Assembly: GCA_050084515.1 (NCBI GenBank)
Contig: CM114271.1
Span: 30,504,001 to 30,568,000 of the forward strand
Source: Blasia pusilla
Taxonomy: Eukaryota
Length of the DNA stretch: 64,000 nucleotides
Reading direction: 5' to 3'
Notes under the pieces: model-generated
What the model saw: the letters and a program-made list of their open reading frames with translations, nothing else
Told to the model about the DNA's origin: nothing
The model's database searches: none
Shown: positions 26,601 to 41,258 of the stretch, piece after piece
Layout: each line of letters begins with the position of its first letter
How positions within the stretch are numbered: the stretch's first letter is position 1
Made by a program: the position numbers and the translations under genes

Positions 26601-28063
26601 CATAACTACAAATATAATTTCATAATACTCAAATAATAAAAACGCTATAAAATTTGTAAGAGAACCAAATCCGGGCATAAGAAAAAAGATTTTCATAACT
26701 AAAAGACAAAGTCCCCCTAGCCCTTGACATATAGCAGGGCTATGTGAGTAAGGCCGAGTCATGAAGAGCGAGCCAAGTGGGCCAGGTTCGAGCCGCGCTC
26801 CGAGCAGGAATATGTTTTAACACTGCCTATAATTCTATGCTGATAAAGATCACCCACGTAACCTACAAAACGAGATGGTCGCGTTTTGCCGCTCTTGTAG
26901 TCTCCGCGGGTAGTTGAGGGATTCTGAAGCTAGGAAGAAAGAGTTGGAAAGAAGGAGATCATCGTTTGTCAGGCACTGCTCACGTTCCGAGAACAATGAA
27001 GTGGTGAGCAACAACTCCCTCCCTCCACGACTGTCCGTAGGTCCATGCTCCAGAGTCCATAGTAGAGCTCCTCCGAATGACCCATCTGCTCATTACTATT
27101 TTCACTTCCATTCTCAGCATAGAATTCTCCCATCTTGGATTCTCTTTTGACTATTGGGTTCTCCGAAATCGCAATGAAATGCATGCACGAGTGAACGCAA
27201 AAAATAGGGTAGAAGAGGACATCCCTCCAGCCCGAAACTTCTTCTCTTCGTTGACTGTTGAGGATCACTGAGAACCTACTCGGCAGAAAGCATGTTGACC
27301 AGATTTGGAGGGATTAAATCACAACTGAGCCTTTCCAGAGTGGAGAACAAGAAGATATACTTTAAGAGTAACTGATCTAACGCCATTCCCAAAACTCCAG
27401 CTTTGCACCTCTGTTATTGCAAGCACTGTTCCTAATGTTAGTCTAAGAAGCAAGAAAATATCATTAAGGACAGAAAGTTCGTGCTAGAAAAACCCACCGG
27501 TGGAAGAAACTTTTTCGCATTTGGTAGGAAAAAAAGTAGGGTTGGTGAGCAAGTATGTGGGAAGCAATCACGTTACTAAAGTCAGGCACAAATAAGTCTA
27601 CATCCTCCGAATGAGCAGATAAGCAAGGAAAAGTCCAAACTTATGTGCGCGTGAAATGTCACCATCTTTTGTTACATTGGGCGAATCGTGAATTATCAAT
27701 ATTTACAAAATTGCATGCAGCACCTAATTAGGCGGGAAATTTCTGATTTTGGACTTATCAGTAATTGCCTTGGGTGATGGACAAGTGGGAAAAGTATGGA
27801 TTCTGAAGGCAATCACTCGTCTCAAGTGATTTCCAAAAAGTGTAGAACCTCCGTAAGTACAAGGTAAGCAATGACGAATCCGAACTTGTGAGCGTGAGAA
27901 ATGAAAGCTTCTTCAATCAATCTCCAGGAATCTGGCGTTGTCCGGAAAAATCAGCTCACTTTCTTTCTTGCATGTAGCAATTTTTAAGGCAAAAAGTATA
28001 TGATTTTAATTCTCAGTCAAATCCTTGGGATGATTCTATGGAAAAAAGTGGAAAATTGACTTC

Positions 28064-28182
<119 letters not shown>

Positions 28183-31100
28183 CGCAAGATTAAATTGCGT
28201 GTGAGTGTCTGCGTTTATTTTCTTGAAAATCAAGAAATCCCTGCGCAGGGAAGCCAGTGGTTTCCTTGGATGAATCTCTCGACGCCGAAAGCAACAGCTT
28301 GGTCGGAGGCGAGCTAGTTGGAATTCTGCGTGAGCCCCTAAAGCTTGCGGGAGCGGCTAGTGGGGAGTGGGGGAGGTGGCTGGGAGCGGCCACTCGGCAA
28401 TGTAGGGTCATAATTTCTTGGAGTGCTACCAATTTTGGTTCTATCACTATAGTATCAAAATCGACCTGATCTAGAAGTCGATTGAGAGAGAGAGTATAAT
28501 CGCGTTGGTCCTATGGTGTCTGCTTCCGGGCCCTCTGCTGCTAAGAAATGAGACGTCACAGTGTGCAGACTGAGAGACCAAATTTTCCAAACAGGATACG
28601 AAATCTGCCAATCTATCCAAAGGCTAGCAAACGCTGGCCCGAACGATGACGGTTCCAATTTTGATTTCATTTCCTACTCTAGAAATCGAACTGTATGCAA
28701 ACATGAACAACTTACCTCTATATCTTGGCCACTTGAGAGAGACAAAGATCGAAAGAGACCAGTACTCTTACCCTCAATTCAATGTCTGCTAGCTCTGCAG
28801 ATTTGAAGCTGTAAATTCAAAATTCGACGCGGCTACGGGCTGCAGATTTGGAGCTGCACATTAAAAAGTTCGACGCAACTACATATTAGGAACGAAATCG
28901 AAATCATGCTCGGAGCTTCCACCCCTGTTCCTCTCCCGCTATATGGCCCGCCACTTTCTTCTCAAAGGTAGAAAACATCGGGAGAGTAAAAAATATTTAT
29001 CTACAGTCCAAAGCCTCGAATGGCGGTCGAACTTCTTGTAGGTGTCAAAACGTAACAGGTGCACCTATTCACAACACGTGTCCGCGCACCCGTCCAATGG
29101 TTCCTTGACATATTTCTAGGATTGATTCCAACCAGGGCACGATGCACAAACTAGGTCGAGATCAGATCCAGGAAACCATATTAGAGATCAAAGTGCTGGA
29201 AAGCTTCACGTCATTTAACTTTCCCCCCTATTTTATTTCATGTCCCCAATTAGTAACCCCCCATCCTCATATATATGGAGGGCTTCACTTCTTTGGGAAT
29301 TTATTTTTCCCAAAGAGGTAACCCCCCTTCCTCGCATTATAGTATAGATTACCGGCCACAACCGACCTCAAACTTTCAAATGCCGATCTACTTGAATACT
29401 ACCCGGATATTGTATGAGAAAAATTAAAAAACTCCCCGGACCTTGCTCCCCCCCTTCACTAAGATGCACGTGGCGAGAGTGCAGTTCATTTGGACAGCCG
29501 GTGCACTGGACGGGCGCGTGGGAACGAACGCATGCATGGGACGACACATCGGGGCTGCCGACAGTGAATGAACAAATACTATGAGCGTGGAACAGACTAG
29601 GAGGTGCTCGTTCTTTTCGATCCTTTTCCCCCAACTCGTTCTTTCAAGTTGTGAGGGTTCCTTGAAACTTTATGTGTACGAGAGGCGGGAAACAAGCCAG
29701 AATTGAGTTCAATTGACCCCCTGCGTGCACTTGGAATCTCGGAGTTCCGCGACACGTGCAGAACGTCACAGCCGAATCTCACATGCAGCGTAGCTCATCG
29801 GCATGACTTCGTTTTTCATGTTTAAGGTGGCAAGACCTGCGATAAGATAAGCACCGTCGGTCGACGAAGGACGTAGATGGACGGGCCAGGGAATCTCGTC
29901 GTCACTCCGAAAGGATGTATGCGTGATTTCGGAGGTGACGTGCAATCATAGATGAAGCTTCTTGCTCTTGAATCATAAATGACACGTACTTACGGAACAA
30001 TCTACTCTGGGCAGCGTGCGTGGCGCGCCTGTCCCTGCAGCCCGGGCTGCCCTGCAGGTCCGGAGAGATGTATCCGTCAGCTGGCCGCCGATCCACGGGT
30101 CCACCGGGCAGCCCGGCCTGAGTCCATGAAAAGCTGAAACGGTTCATAGTACGGTGCTCGCTTTTTGGCTTTCCCGGATTAGATATGGTAACTTCGGATC
30201 GGCTGGTTATTTTAGATCCGCCGGTTTCTTCCTGACGGTGGCTAACTCCGGCATGGTTAATTTCTTTTCTACTGGGTGGCTTGTTTTAGAAAGAAACTCC
30301 TTTTCCTGATTGCTGGTCCTGTTGTGGCCTTCAGGTTTTGACTCTTTGAGTCTTCCTCTTTTGTACTTCCGATGGGTTTTCCATCACTCGTTTTTATCGA
30401 AGTGCATCTTTGTTTGTAAGGGTCAATGAAGACCTTCCAGAGAGTTCGGCAACTTCAGACTGACCAGATCGAACCTGATTGTTGACAGAGTAGTGCAACC
30501 GTGTGCCGTCACATTAATGGCTAGCGTGGCAGGTATGAGTGAGCTCGGAAATATCCATATGAGCAACCCAACCATTGATCCGGGATTCCAGGAATGAATG
30601 TCGACGGAGCCGAGGTCCGGGTTTCGTCTAATTTGAGGTTCGATGATATTTGCAGATTGCTTGCGAAGCACTTCATGGACAGAGCTGGCTCAGGTGTTCC
30701 ATGTAACCCACTAATCAATGATTCAGAGTTTGTGAACGATGGAGAACCAAACGTGTGAGAGAGACCTTTCACCATGGATGGGAGAACTCAGGAGTCATGA
30801 CTTGGTGAAGCTCAAATATGGGTTCGGTTATCTGAACTTTCTGAGCGTCCAAACGGTGAATGGCTGCAGGATCCAGCATACATTCTACGACTCTTCTACA
30901 CAGCACGTACGTACAGGCAGTAGTCTTCAGATCCATTCACCAACAAAATTCAACAAACGTAGCGCTGTCACCCGCTACTGAGGTCTCCGTTGCTGTTCCA
31001 AAATCAGGATGAATAGAGTTCATCACCTGAAACACGAGTTAGACACAGTTGCTGCACGCCAGCCAGGAATCCGGACAGCGAGTAGATTCGGATGACTACG

Positions 31101-31623
31101 GAGTGTCGTACCTGTGACCCTGCTTCCTGAATTGCTGCTGTGTGGAAAGTCAAGGATTAATACGGATTTCTGCCACTCGAGATTAGTGGACTTGCCTTCA
31201 TCACTCGCAAGATGAGCAGTCGAGAACCCTTTGGATAAGCAATCGGTTTGCTGAAAGGTTAATTAATAGCATACGTAGACATGGCTGTAGATCTATACAG
31301 AAGGACACATGAAAGAGAAATGACCATAAAGATGGGACATTACACAAATGTCCTGCTAAGGATTACGACGATAGAGAGTGAATCAAAAGCTCAGGGCATA
31401 AAACAATTTGGTCTTGGGAGAATCGATCATTGCCATGGAAACGTAACTTTATTCTACTTTATGCATGAAAATAAAATAGACAGGAATGGTACTCAATTCA
31501 GTTCGAAGAAGCCTAGATACCTAGAAACTAGATTCAGTGAGCCAGCCACGACGGTCAATCGTACGGAACTCTCACAATACAAAATAGGCGGCGAGTTGTG
31601 AAGGGAATTAAAATTTGGATATA

Positions 31624-31687
31624 TCAAGAGCAAGAAGCTTCATCCATGATTGTAGGTGCACTCATAGATGAATCTTCTTGCTCTTGA
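31624..31687. repeat. 26-bp inverted repeat hairpin (candidate MIR or TIR remnant)
   Basis: Arms 31624-31649 and 31662-31687 are complementary at 24/26 positions; 12-nt loop. Confidence 0.8.
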
Positions 31688-33347
31688 ATCATAAAGGACA
31701 CATGGTTAAAGGACAATCAACTCCGGGCAGCTGCCCGCAGTAGAATTTTTGGTACTTGCGACTGCAGTCCGAGATCAGGGGTTTTGCAGCCGAGGAATGT
31801 TTGGAAGCACTGTGGACGCTCGTGATCACCACATCCGCAACCCTAACACAGTGCCAGTCCTTTTGACGGTCTCTCCAAAATTTTGAATTCCTTTGATGCA
31901 CTCACTGTTCCATTGCGCGACTGTCCCAATATTTATATCTATGCCATGGAAAGTGGACTTGCGTTAACGCCAACATGTGCAGATGAGAGAACCTGGCCAC
32001 AACCCAAGACAATTGACTTGTTGATTGCAGGGAAAAATCGCCTTCAACTTAAAACTCTCAGATCGTAATTGCAAGAAAAAATCTGGATCACGCTGCTCAC
32101 AAGGCGAAATTGCGATCTGAAATTTAATGTTCATTTCATGTGTATGTTGAACCGTAGACCACTACCAATTGAAGAGATACAGGAATTTTTTTCGCAAACC
32201 TGTAGATGTAGGCAAATATCTTCACGGAGTTTAGCACTCATCAATGGAAATGAGTATTTTCAATTTATCTCGAGTACTACTAGAAGTATTATGGATATCA
32301 TCCGATGGCAATTGAAAGACGAATTTACTGTTACTGGAAAAAGCATCAATTCATTTCTCATCACCGGTGGTGTACCCATTCATGCAACATGCATGAATGA
32401 ACGGGTTTCGACGGCACTGGAGCTCGCACCTGTCAAGTAGAGTCAAGAGCGAAGTGGTATCCTTCGAAAAAATTTCAGTTTATGTGGTGGTCAGGAGAAC
32501 TGACACCAAAAGAATAGATCACACTTGCAAGCGGGGCACGACTCGGTGGGAGATTCTACGCAAAAGTTGCCTGTAAGTTTCCACCGGGTCCCTCGTACAG
32601 TTATCCGGCCACAATTGACCGTCCAGGAAGCCAGTGACTTACTATTCAATATCTACTGTACAATTCGTGAAGAATCCGTCTCACATTTCGGGAGAATTAA
32701 AGGTGTAATACCTATGGATTCTCAAAATGCTCCTGAAGATCGTTCCGGAGATGGTCATAATCTTTGATTCACCTCGGGTATGAAATAAATTAAATGTTCG
32801 TCGTAGCGTTACTCAGTAACCCCAGTTTGCCGCAGGGATTGCTAGCCTTCTAAGTCCGTGGACTACGCTGGATTACCGTATGAAAGTACTACTGTAACAG
32901 GCAAAGAATTTAATTACTCGACTACATACATCAGATGAACAACGAATCGAAAGATGTAGATCTACAGCATTCGTCGAGCCATACGCATTCATGATCTGGG
33001 AGGTCGAAGTTTCACGTCGTAAGGCTGCCTGAATTGCAAATAGCCTATATGTCATCTCCAGGGTGATCATGAGAGCCTGAAGTCCACCAGAGATGACACC
33101 TTGCTCAGATTCGGCTTCCCAGTGTGGTGACGATGAATCCCAAAGATTGTATAAGATCAGACTCCACATGATGGTCCTCCTCCCGTTTTAGAAGTTGAAT
33201 TTCATCACATTTTTAAAATCAATCTCACCGCAGCGCTATTCATGAAGTCGACGGTTTTGAACCAAGAACTTCGATTGCGCATAGCTCTGTGCCGTTTATA
33301 ATGATCGAAATGCCATATAAAAATATAGATATTTCTGCGCACGTGCA

Positions 33348-34578
33348 TCACTCGAAAAGTAGGGTATGGGAATCGGGGCTGATGTGCATGCGAGGAGTAA
33401 TCGGTTTCGTGAATTGCTTCAAATTTGAGCAATTTTTGCTAACATCGTCCAGCACCTTCGGTGACAAAGACGTGCAGCAAGCAAGGTTGAGCTCTTCTAA
33501 ATTTCGGCATCCTATAGCTAAGTGTCGGAGCCCTCGGTCTGAGATACACGTCCTTTTCATTTCCAGGTGCCTCAATTTCCCCATGAAATTTGACACCGCT
33601 ATAGCCTCTTCATCACCTCCGGGCGAGTTCGAAGTTCTGCTTGATCCAAATGAAGTCGATTCGTTTTGTTTCAGCATATTACGGCCCAGCGATACGAGAG
33701 ACGGACAATGACGCCCAAAGGCCTCTAGTGCATGTTTGGAGATATTGTAGCAATCACTCACATCCAGTTGCTGTAATCTCGGACACAATTCTGCCAGCTT
33801 CAAGGCAGAATTGTTCGTGACCAGTAAGCTGTTTGGTATAGCAAGCACCTCGAGCCCGGGACACCTGAAACGACTCACAAGAAACTGGTCGTTAGAGAAA
33901 TAGAAAATAAATTCAACAATCACCTCTCAAGTTAAGAGTCTGACTTCATCCTGACGGACTACGCATATTTACAGTTTCACCGAGCATCACTAAAATTTCA
34001 ATTTTCACACCCCAAATTGGAGAAAGGAGGAATTGAAGGACATTTACAGCAATCAAAGTACATGAGAAAGAAGTGGGACAACGCACTGCCAATGACAAGA
34101 ACCGATCTGTAGGAGTTGGCCTAATTGATTGAGTGAAGGGTCTAAGAACGGACCTTTGTGCCAAGTGTTCGATGGCGGCGTCTGAGACATGCATCGTCCG
34201 AAGCTCCCTTAGTTGGCCACAGCTGCGATCTACAACCGAAATCACGAGATGTTCCACTCTAGCCTCACATTCAAACTCCCACCAGTAGTCTTCCTCCATC
34301 TTCTTGTGAAACCACGGCATCATGTCCACCACCATCCAACATGCCGGATCCATGGAGGCCCCTCTCCAGCCCTTACAAACTGAAGGCACTACCCTCATCC
34401 TATCTTCAAATGGAACTCGCTTGAAAATCTCCGCAAGAGCTTCGTCGATAAGGTCAGACCAGTTATGGACGCTAGAATCTACACCACCAGAAGTACCTAT
34501 GGGTTCGGTCTCCTGCGTTCCTCGGCTCGGAATTTCTACTGAATTCATAGGATACATGCCTTCATTTCGTTGCGCCAT
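33348..34578 (-). CDS. F-box/LRR protein, SKIP1/FBW2-like; exons 34578-34154 and 33864-33348, 313 aa
   Basis: F-box WSDLIDEALAEIFKRVP..VPSVCKGWR; VVDRSCGQLREL; LRRs CPGLEVL, CPRLQQLDVS and CRNLEELNLACC. The GT-AG intron 34153-33865 joins in frame (Q-R|-C-P). The start codon is the most plausible ATG. Confidence 0.92.
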
Positions 34579-36509
34579 AATTTGAATATGTACCGAGACG
34601 TTCCCACCAACTTCACCAGATATCAAACTCCACAAACTTGTGCCAGAGTCAATAAAGATCTAATTGCACAACGGGTGCCAGCTACACGTCGTGAGTTCAC
34701 TGAACAGAATTCTGGTTCGTACCGCTTGGAACTAGTCGTATGCAGTGTGGTGCAGAAAATTGGGCCAAAAGTCGGACTCTGCACAGAACAAACAATCAAT
34801 TAGGCAGAAATACCAAAAAACTCTTCATCGTGAGAGGCTTTAGCATTACTCCGTGCGTACTGACTGGCAATCTGGAGCACTCTAGTTGGAGAAATTCGTT
34901 TTCTATCAAAATTGAAAGGCTCCGGTGTTTGGCAGCTACGGAATCCCTAACGTTAGTTTCCAGATATCCAGCGAAAAACTCCACCCACATTGTCACTGGG
35001 AATCGTTACACTGGCGCCTACCTTATTCTGCATCCTTGGTCGATAGCCTTGCTTTGACTAGCACTCAACCAAACCTCGTCTTCAGAGTACATTAAATCCC
35101 ATCATACGAAGCTAGATTTCCGTTCGATTTCCTGATTAAACAAGCTAGGATGCTACAGCAAACACTAAGCACAATCGCCCGAACACCTCGAGCGATGGCG
35201 CTACAGGGAACACTAGATACGTGGTCCCTACATGGAACACTTGAAATTGGCAACAGCAACTGGAACTCGTGTGAGGAAAACTCTCCGAAACACTGCCGTT
35301 ACGCAACACAAGATCTGCATAAGACCCTAAACGCACAGCGTCAAGCCGTCTGAATGTACATGAGACACAATGTCATTTGAGTACCCGCAAGGTTACTATG
35401 AGGAAGAAGACTTCACGAGGCTGAATGAGTGCAGAATGAATCCCGTAAAGGTATGGATGTAGTCCCCATCGCCTTTTAGCTCCGAAAGCTCTCCGAAAGC
35501 TGGTCCTACCTGGTCCCGGCGGGGAGGTCCTGTCTAGACCCTGGCCAAGAACCGGGCCGAGGGCAGGCGTCAAAGCCGAGCGGTCAAAACCCCCAAGTTT
35601 AGATGGGCAGACACAAAGACCTACAGCGGCAGTACAGATTCTAACGGTTCAAGGCGCGGACTGGGGACGGGAATGGGAATGGGAGTTTGGAAACCTCCGT
35701 AGTTCTGATCCAACCCAAAAGGACCACTTGTGGCTCTTTCTGACGTGTCCTATCCATCGGAGAAAGAAAAGGAAGCGTGGCTGCTCATGATCCGATCGTT
35801 TTTTAAATTATATTAATATTTGTATTAAGAATCAGATAAAAAATGTGAACGGACATTAGATGATTAGGTCGTTGTTCATTCCGCAAGTTATGATTTGGTG
35901 TGTTTGGGGAAATATATTAAAAGTTTTGAAGATTAGAGGTTTTATAGTTGGAACTCCAACAAGAAAAATGAAGGAGCCAAATTCTGCTCCGAATACATGC
36001 ATTCTATGGATTTATATTTTCTTTAATGGAAATATTTGGGAATTTACAATCGTCTTTTGATATTTTCTTAAAGCATGTTTCCGAAAATCTAAAAATTATC
36101 ACCTTACCCCTTCTTGTACTCCTTCTATATGTGTGGTCACTTCTTATTTTTAGTAATGCATCTCGGTGGCGTTACAATGTACACAAGCTATGGGGTTGAT
36201 TCATCAAGCCGTTACAATGTACACGAACTTTGGCGTTGTTTCATTGAGCCAAAGTGGTTGGGGGCCGCTCATCTCGTCATTCATTCCCGTCTGACCAACC
36301 ACTAGTGTTCTTATCAAATTTGTGCTATGCTATCAATCTCGTAGCTAGTCGGGTTAGTTTTTGTATTGGCTTACTTTTTCCTATTTTCTTCTTGTATTCT
36401 GTTGTGTGTTTCTTGACTCTTCCCTTCTTGAGTTGTTATTACCCTTATGGGTCATTTTTTGAGGTTTCTTATTATAATAAAGTGGATACTTTGAAAATGT
36501 CACTGCCAA

Positions 36510-36726
36510 TCTATATTATTATTGGAGAGTGCCTTCTTAATTTGCAAACACCGCTCTGTTTGACACATGGCAACTGGACAGCAAGAAAGTGTTTCACATG
36601 TTATGAGCAACAACAAAAAAAAAAGAATTTGTGAGCAGCATCATTAGTTCTTTAACGGCCTATACACTAGCTAAAACACTTCAAACACTTTTTTATTGTC
36701 CGTGCATCACACGTGCACCTCACTAG
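36510..36726 (+). mobile_element. Non-autonomous mini-Helitron (~217 bp)
   Basis: A|TCTATATTATT start, gtgca-tcacacg-tgcac hairpin and CTAG|T end. A related 5' end (tctattattatgggagagtgcc) occurs at ~13482-13510. Confidence 0.7.
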
Positions 36727-39700
36727 TACTTGTAATGGATGGGAGGAGTGGGAGGATTCAGTTTTCTATCATCACCAAAATATTTTACATTTGTTTCTAC
36801 AAGTGTTTATTGAAAACTGTATTTTTACATAGGTGAAAAATCTTAGTGTGGAAAAAAATATCTTGGACTCATAAAAGAGGCACCTCACTAGTGCATTGCA
36901 TGTTTCACATGTTATGAAATTAACATTTTTTCTTCCATGTAATATAATGGGTGGATAGGAATATATTTGACCTTTATGAGAGGATCCATTTGTCTTGGTA
37001 TCTTCAAAGGAAGAGATCAACCCCTTCCAACTTTATGTTTCTTGTCTTTTTTCCTCCATGGAAGGGGAAAAAAAAAGGCTCTATCTCTTCATATCGGGGA
37101 GGAGCATAGAAGAGGATATTATGGGGAAAGTTGGAGGAAAGTAGTCATATCCCTCATCTCCTATTCTTCTTACCAATTGAAAAATTATTTCCCTCTCCTA
37201 TCCAAAATCAGATATTATCTCTAGTCGCTTCTCCTATTGTAGATTCGGCATTTAACATAAAATCTTCACAAGCCTTTTTGTGGAAAGTTTAATATTTCTT
37301 TCTATCATCCCCTCCCTATACAAACTTAAACACTTCAAAAATAATCCCTAGCATATCCTCCCTAAAGCTTCAAATTAAGCAAAGAAGAAGATGTAATATA
37401 GGAAATATTATAGATTTATTTATTTTATGAAAATTATGCTAATTTTAATATTTTACTCTACTATTATCTATACTAGGATTTTTAAATGCTGAATGAGGGA
37501 GAGAATCGATGGATGTCATATATCTTTTAAACTTTAAAATGTTAAATAATCTCTCAAATTTCTCATTAATATTTTTAATGCATGAATAATTATATCAGTT
37601 TTAAATCATTAAGAGACTCACTTGATTAAAAAATCATTTAAAATATTATTTTCAGATAAGAAAAAAATTCAAACATAAGATTAATCCACCCATAATATGG
37701 GTGATTTATTTTCTTATAAAAAGAAATAGGATAAGAGTATATGGAAATTCAATTATAATACAAGAGAAGGAAGAGGTTAGGATTATATAGAAAAATCCTT
37801 ATAAGCTAAACCAAAACTTTGAAAAAACTAAGGATTCGATCAACTACACAAGTAATCGCTTTAAAAAAACTACACGATCACTAATTATTTATGGCTTATG
37901 AATGGATGACGAGATTAATGATCTCCAGCCACTTCAAAGCTAATATGTATGCATGTTACAATACCACCAATGCACATCATAAATAATAAATAATGACAAC
38001 TTAGCGAAATCGATTCTAATAAGGGATTTGAAGGGCCAAGATTTACTTATGATTGTAGAATAGTACATGTTTTGAAGAAAGAATTAAAAAAATACATATC
38101 CATATGAGTGCTTACATACTTCCCAAGGAAAAAGGAAAACGTCCTTTTTTCATGTCTCATCATATAAGTTAACTCCTCGATTCTTGCAACTCCTTTGGCC
38201 ATGAAACATCTTATATATATAGCTCAATACTTCAAGTCAAAATATATCAGATCATAAATCTCTACATCTCTAAATTGAGGAGAACCACCTCAAGATAAAA
38301 TTAGATCAACTTGAAAATTATAAGTTTTTTTTTTAAGATAGAACACCATGTAGTTGCTACCACCTAATTGTTTACTCTCAATTATAAGCTGCAAAGATTA
38401 TCACTCTTTCATAACATCATGGATAGTTATTTTTTTATTTTCAATATAATCAAAGAATGTGGATGCCTTTTGTATCGATATTTTTCTTCTTGATATATTC
38501 TAATTGCAATCACAAGATAAATCATGTAGTTTAGTACAATGACATTTAGAGTGATAGATCAGCAAGTGACTTTCGTGGGTTCGAATTACCTATTACAAGT
38601 AACCTATATATACATGTTACCATCTAAGATAAGGTGATAAGCCTTTTTTGAGGGTTCTAGAGAAATTCTAATTTTTTCTTGCATTTATATTTTGCTAGGA
38701 GAAGAGGCTCTCTCATTCTCTTTATCCACATTGTCAATCCTCGTTCTTATGCAAGCTAATATTCTTCTTTGTAGGTGAATCTATGAGAATTTAGGTCTTG
38801 AAAGGTGAATATTTTTTACATGGTATCAAAGCTTTGAAGAATATAAATAATCATTTGGCAGCTAGAGATTTCTTAGGACATCTAGATAAGATTTGCAAAG
38901 ATGGAAATTGGATCCATGAAGGAAAAATCTGCTCGGAGAGGCGAAAAATAGTGAATTTTAAGACAAAGAAAGTCTCAAGATATCAACATATCCAGCTCTT
39001 ATGTATTATTGGTAGAGCCATGATCCATCAAAATTATTCAATATGCGAGCAATTGGACAAAAACATCTATCCCAATGGAAGTTTAGGATCAAGAACTTGT
39101 TTAAGATTCATGAGCTTGTTCAAATGATTACAATAGACAAAGTGAGATATAGAGAAGGCTCCATTGACCTAAATATTAGAGAGTGCAACAAGAATACAAG
39201 ATAGTACCAATACACTACATATTAATTATCATTAATGTATCTATGATGGATCATATTTAAGATGTAGAGATACCCAAGGAAGTGTAGAATGTATTAACTA
39301 AAATATGGAGTTATTTGCTAAAGTAAGGAAGTTTGAATCAAAGTAAGAAGTGAATGAGATTAGGAAAAGATCTAAGAATACGATTGATTAATTCTTCAAT
39401 ATTAGAACTATCATTAATTAGCTCGGTGATATTGGAAAAGTCAGGAATGATGATAACCTTATTATGATCACAATAGTCGACAAGGATTGGAAAGGAAGTA
39501 GAATCCATTTGAAATATCCATCTATGTAACACATTTATTCCTTCTATTTCTAATCGGTGAAGAAATAAGATCATGAGGTACTGTTTCTTTAAGTAGTTAA
39601 TGCTACAAACATTTGTATTCTTGATAAAGAAATAAAGGTGAAATTTTTTGTTTTGGAAACCAAAACCATGGTGTAAGATTTGACTCCTAAGGTAAGGGAA

Positions 39701-39989
39701 GGATTAACAAAACATAGGCTATTGAGATCGATACTACTAATAATGAGCACAAAAATATCATCAAAAAAAAATTGATGGAGGAAATGCCCATAATCAAGAT
39801 TGAGAACCATCCAAATCTTCCTACTATTGCAAGATGAAAGCTTCTTATTCAAGGGATTCGTTGTGCACAAACACATTGTTGTACAATATACATCATTGTT
39901 ACTACTCAAACACAAAAAACACTAAACGAATTCAATTACCATGAAATTCAAACACAAAGCTTGATATCAACTTCCTCACGAACATCCCG

Positions 39990-40730
39990 AGTTGGTGTGA
40001 GATCATAAGTTGGTGTGGAACCCTTGGAGGATAGATGTAACATCGCCAAGTTGAAATGGCGGAGGCAGTTGGAGACAATGGACTCCCATCGCTATCCTAA
40101 AGAGATTATGGGGAAAATCTGGACCTAAAGAAGACTCGTAAAGCAGGCCAAATCTTGGACATAAAAGATTCAAGAGATTATGCAAGCATCCAAGCTCCCA
40201 GTAGGGCCGGAACTATGGGAGCAAGATGAGAAAGCATTCGTGCATACCATAACCAAAGCAGTGGGCAAATGCTCACAACAGAACAGCATGGAGGAAGCCA
40301 TGAAAATGTCTTACCTCTCTCTTTTGACGATATATCCTGAGAAGGCAGAACTATTTGCAGGGAACCCCTTGCTTGGGAACCCAGCTCAAGTTCAAGTTCA
40401 GGACGGGGGAAATCCCCTTGAACCATAAGAAAAGCAGGATGGGAACACAACTAAACTCTTGCGCCTTGTGTGACGATGGGGATGAAACCTCTAGTCATTA
40501 CTTGGTCTCCTGCGCAAAATTCACAACACACAAAGCAAGACCATATGTTGATATTGCTAAGCTGGTAACACCACAATTGTTCAACACATTCAGTAGCCTT
40601 GATTCATTGCCCAAAGCTCTTGCACCGGTAAGTAATGTCTAATGGGGATCCCAATCAGGTAAAGTAGATGGTATGGTGAAGAGTTTCTCGGTTGACACTT
40701 GAAAGATCCGCACAAACACGTTGTTTGGTC
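39990..40730 (+). mobile_element. LINE 3' fragment (C-terminal zinc-binding region)
   Basis: LKFKFRTGEIPL..CALCDDGDETSSHYLVSC followed by a decayed WKIR motif, typical of the LINE ORF2 C-terminus. Confidence 0.65.
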
Positions 40731-40874
40731 AGCGCTCACACTATAAAAGAGCGTCTCCCTCCTCTCATATTATAACTTCTTCATTTGCTTCTCTCTCTAC
40801 ACCCATACCAGTCTCAAGCACCGTCCAACTTGGACGCCGGGAACTTGGAGAATGGGACTACTCATAAAGCTAGG

Positions 40875-41258
40875 AGCACCATAGCTCCGTAGCCTCACGA
40901 TCAAAAGGTTCAACAAAGAGATAATAAACTCCCCATGCCAAACTCATTCCCCTAAAGATATACCCTCTCTCTCCAAGTCCTCTCCATGGTGACCTATGCG
41001 CATAGGACACCAACTTGATCCTCAACCAAAAATAGTGAGTCAAGAGCCACTTTTCATGAAACTCTCACATAATTTAATTTACCCAAAATAATACGTTCCT
41101 CAAATGGCCTCCAAATGTGCCAAACGAAGGGAAAAACTGCTCTTACATGTTACTCTACTCCTCAATAGGTCATGTATAACGGGCTCAACCTCTCATCTCC
41201 AAAGTTTCATACAAAAACTCTTTTAGATCCACTCTAAAAACATCAAAAAGATATAACA
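40875..41258 (-). repeat. Diverged solo-like copy of the element 1 terminal repeat
   Basis: Collinear blocks aggttcaacaaagag, tctccatggt.acctatgc, gtcaag.gccact, tacc.aaaata and aaacgaagggaaaa are shared with 12021-12558. Confidence 0.7.

Noticed and set aside
29360-33200. Protein-coding gene among the short ORFs downstream of the F-box gene
   Set aside because: No recognisable domain or consistent exon chain.
36800-39950. Short ORFs in AT-rich DNA
   Set aside because: No motifs; consistent with chance ORFs or very old TE debris.
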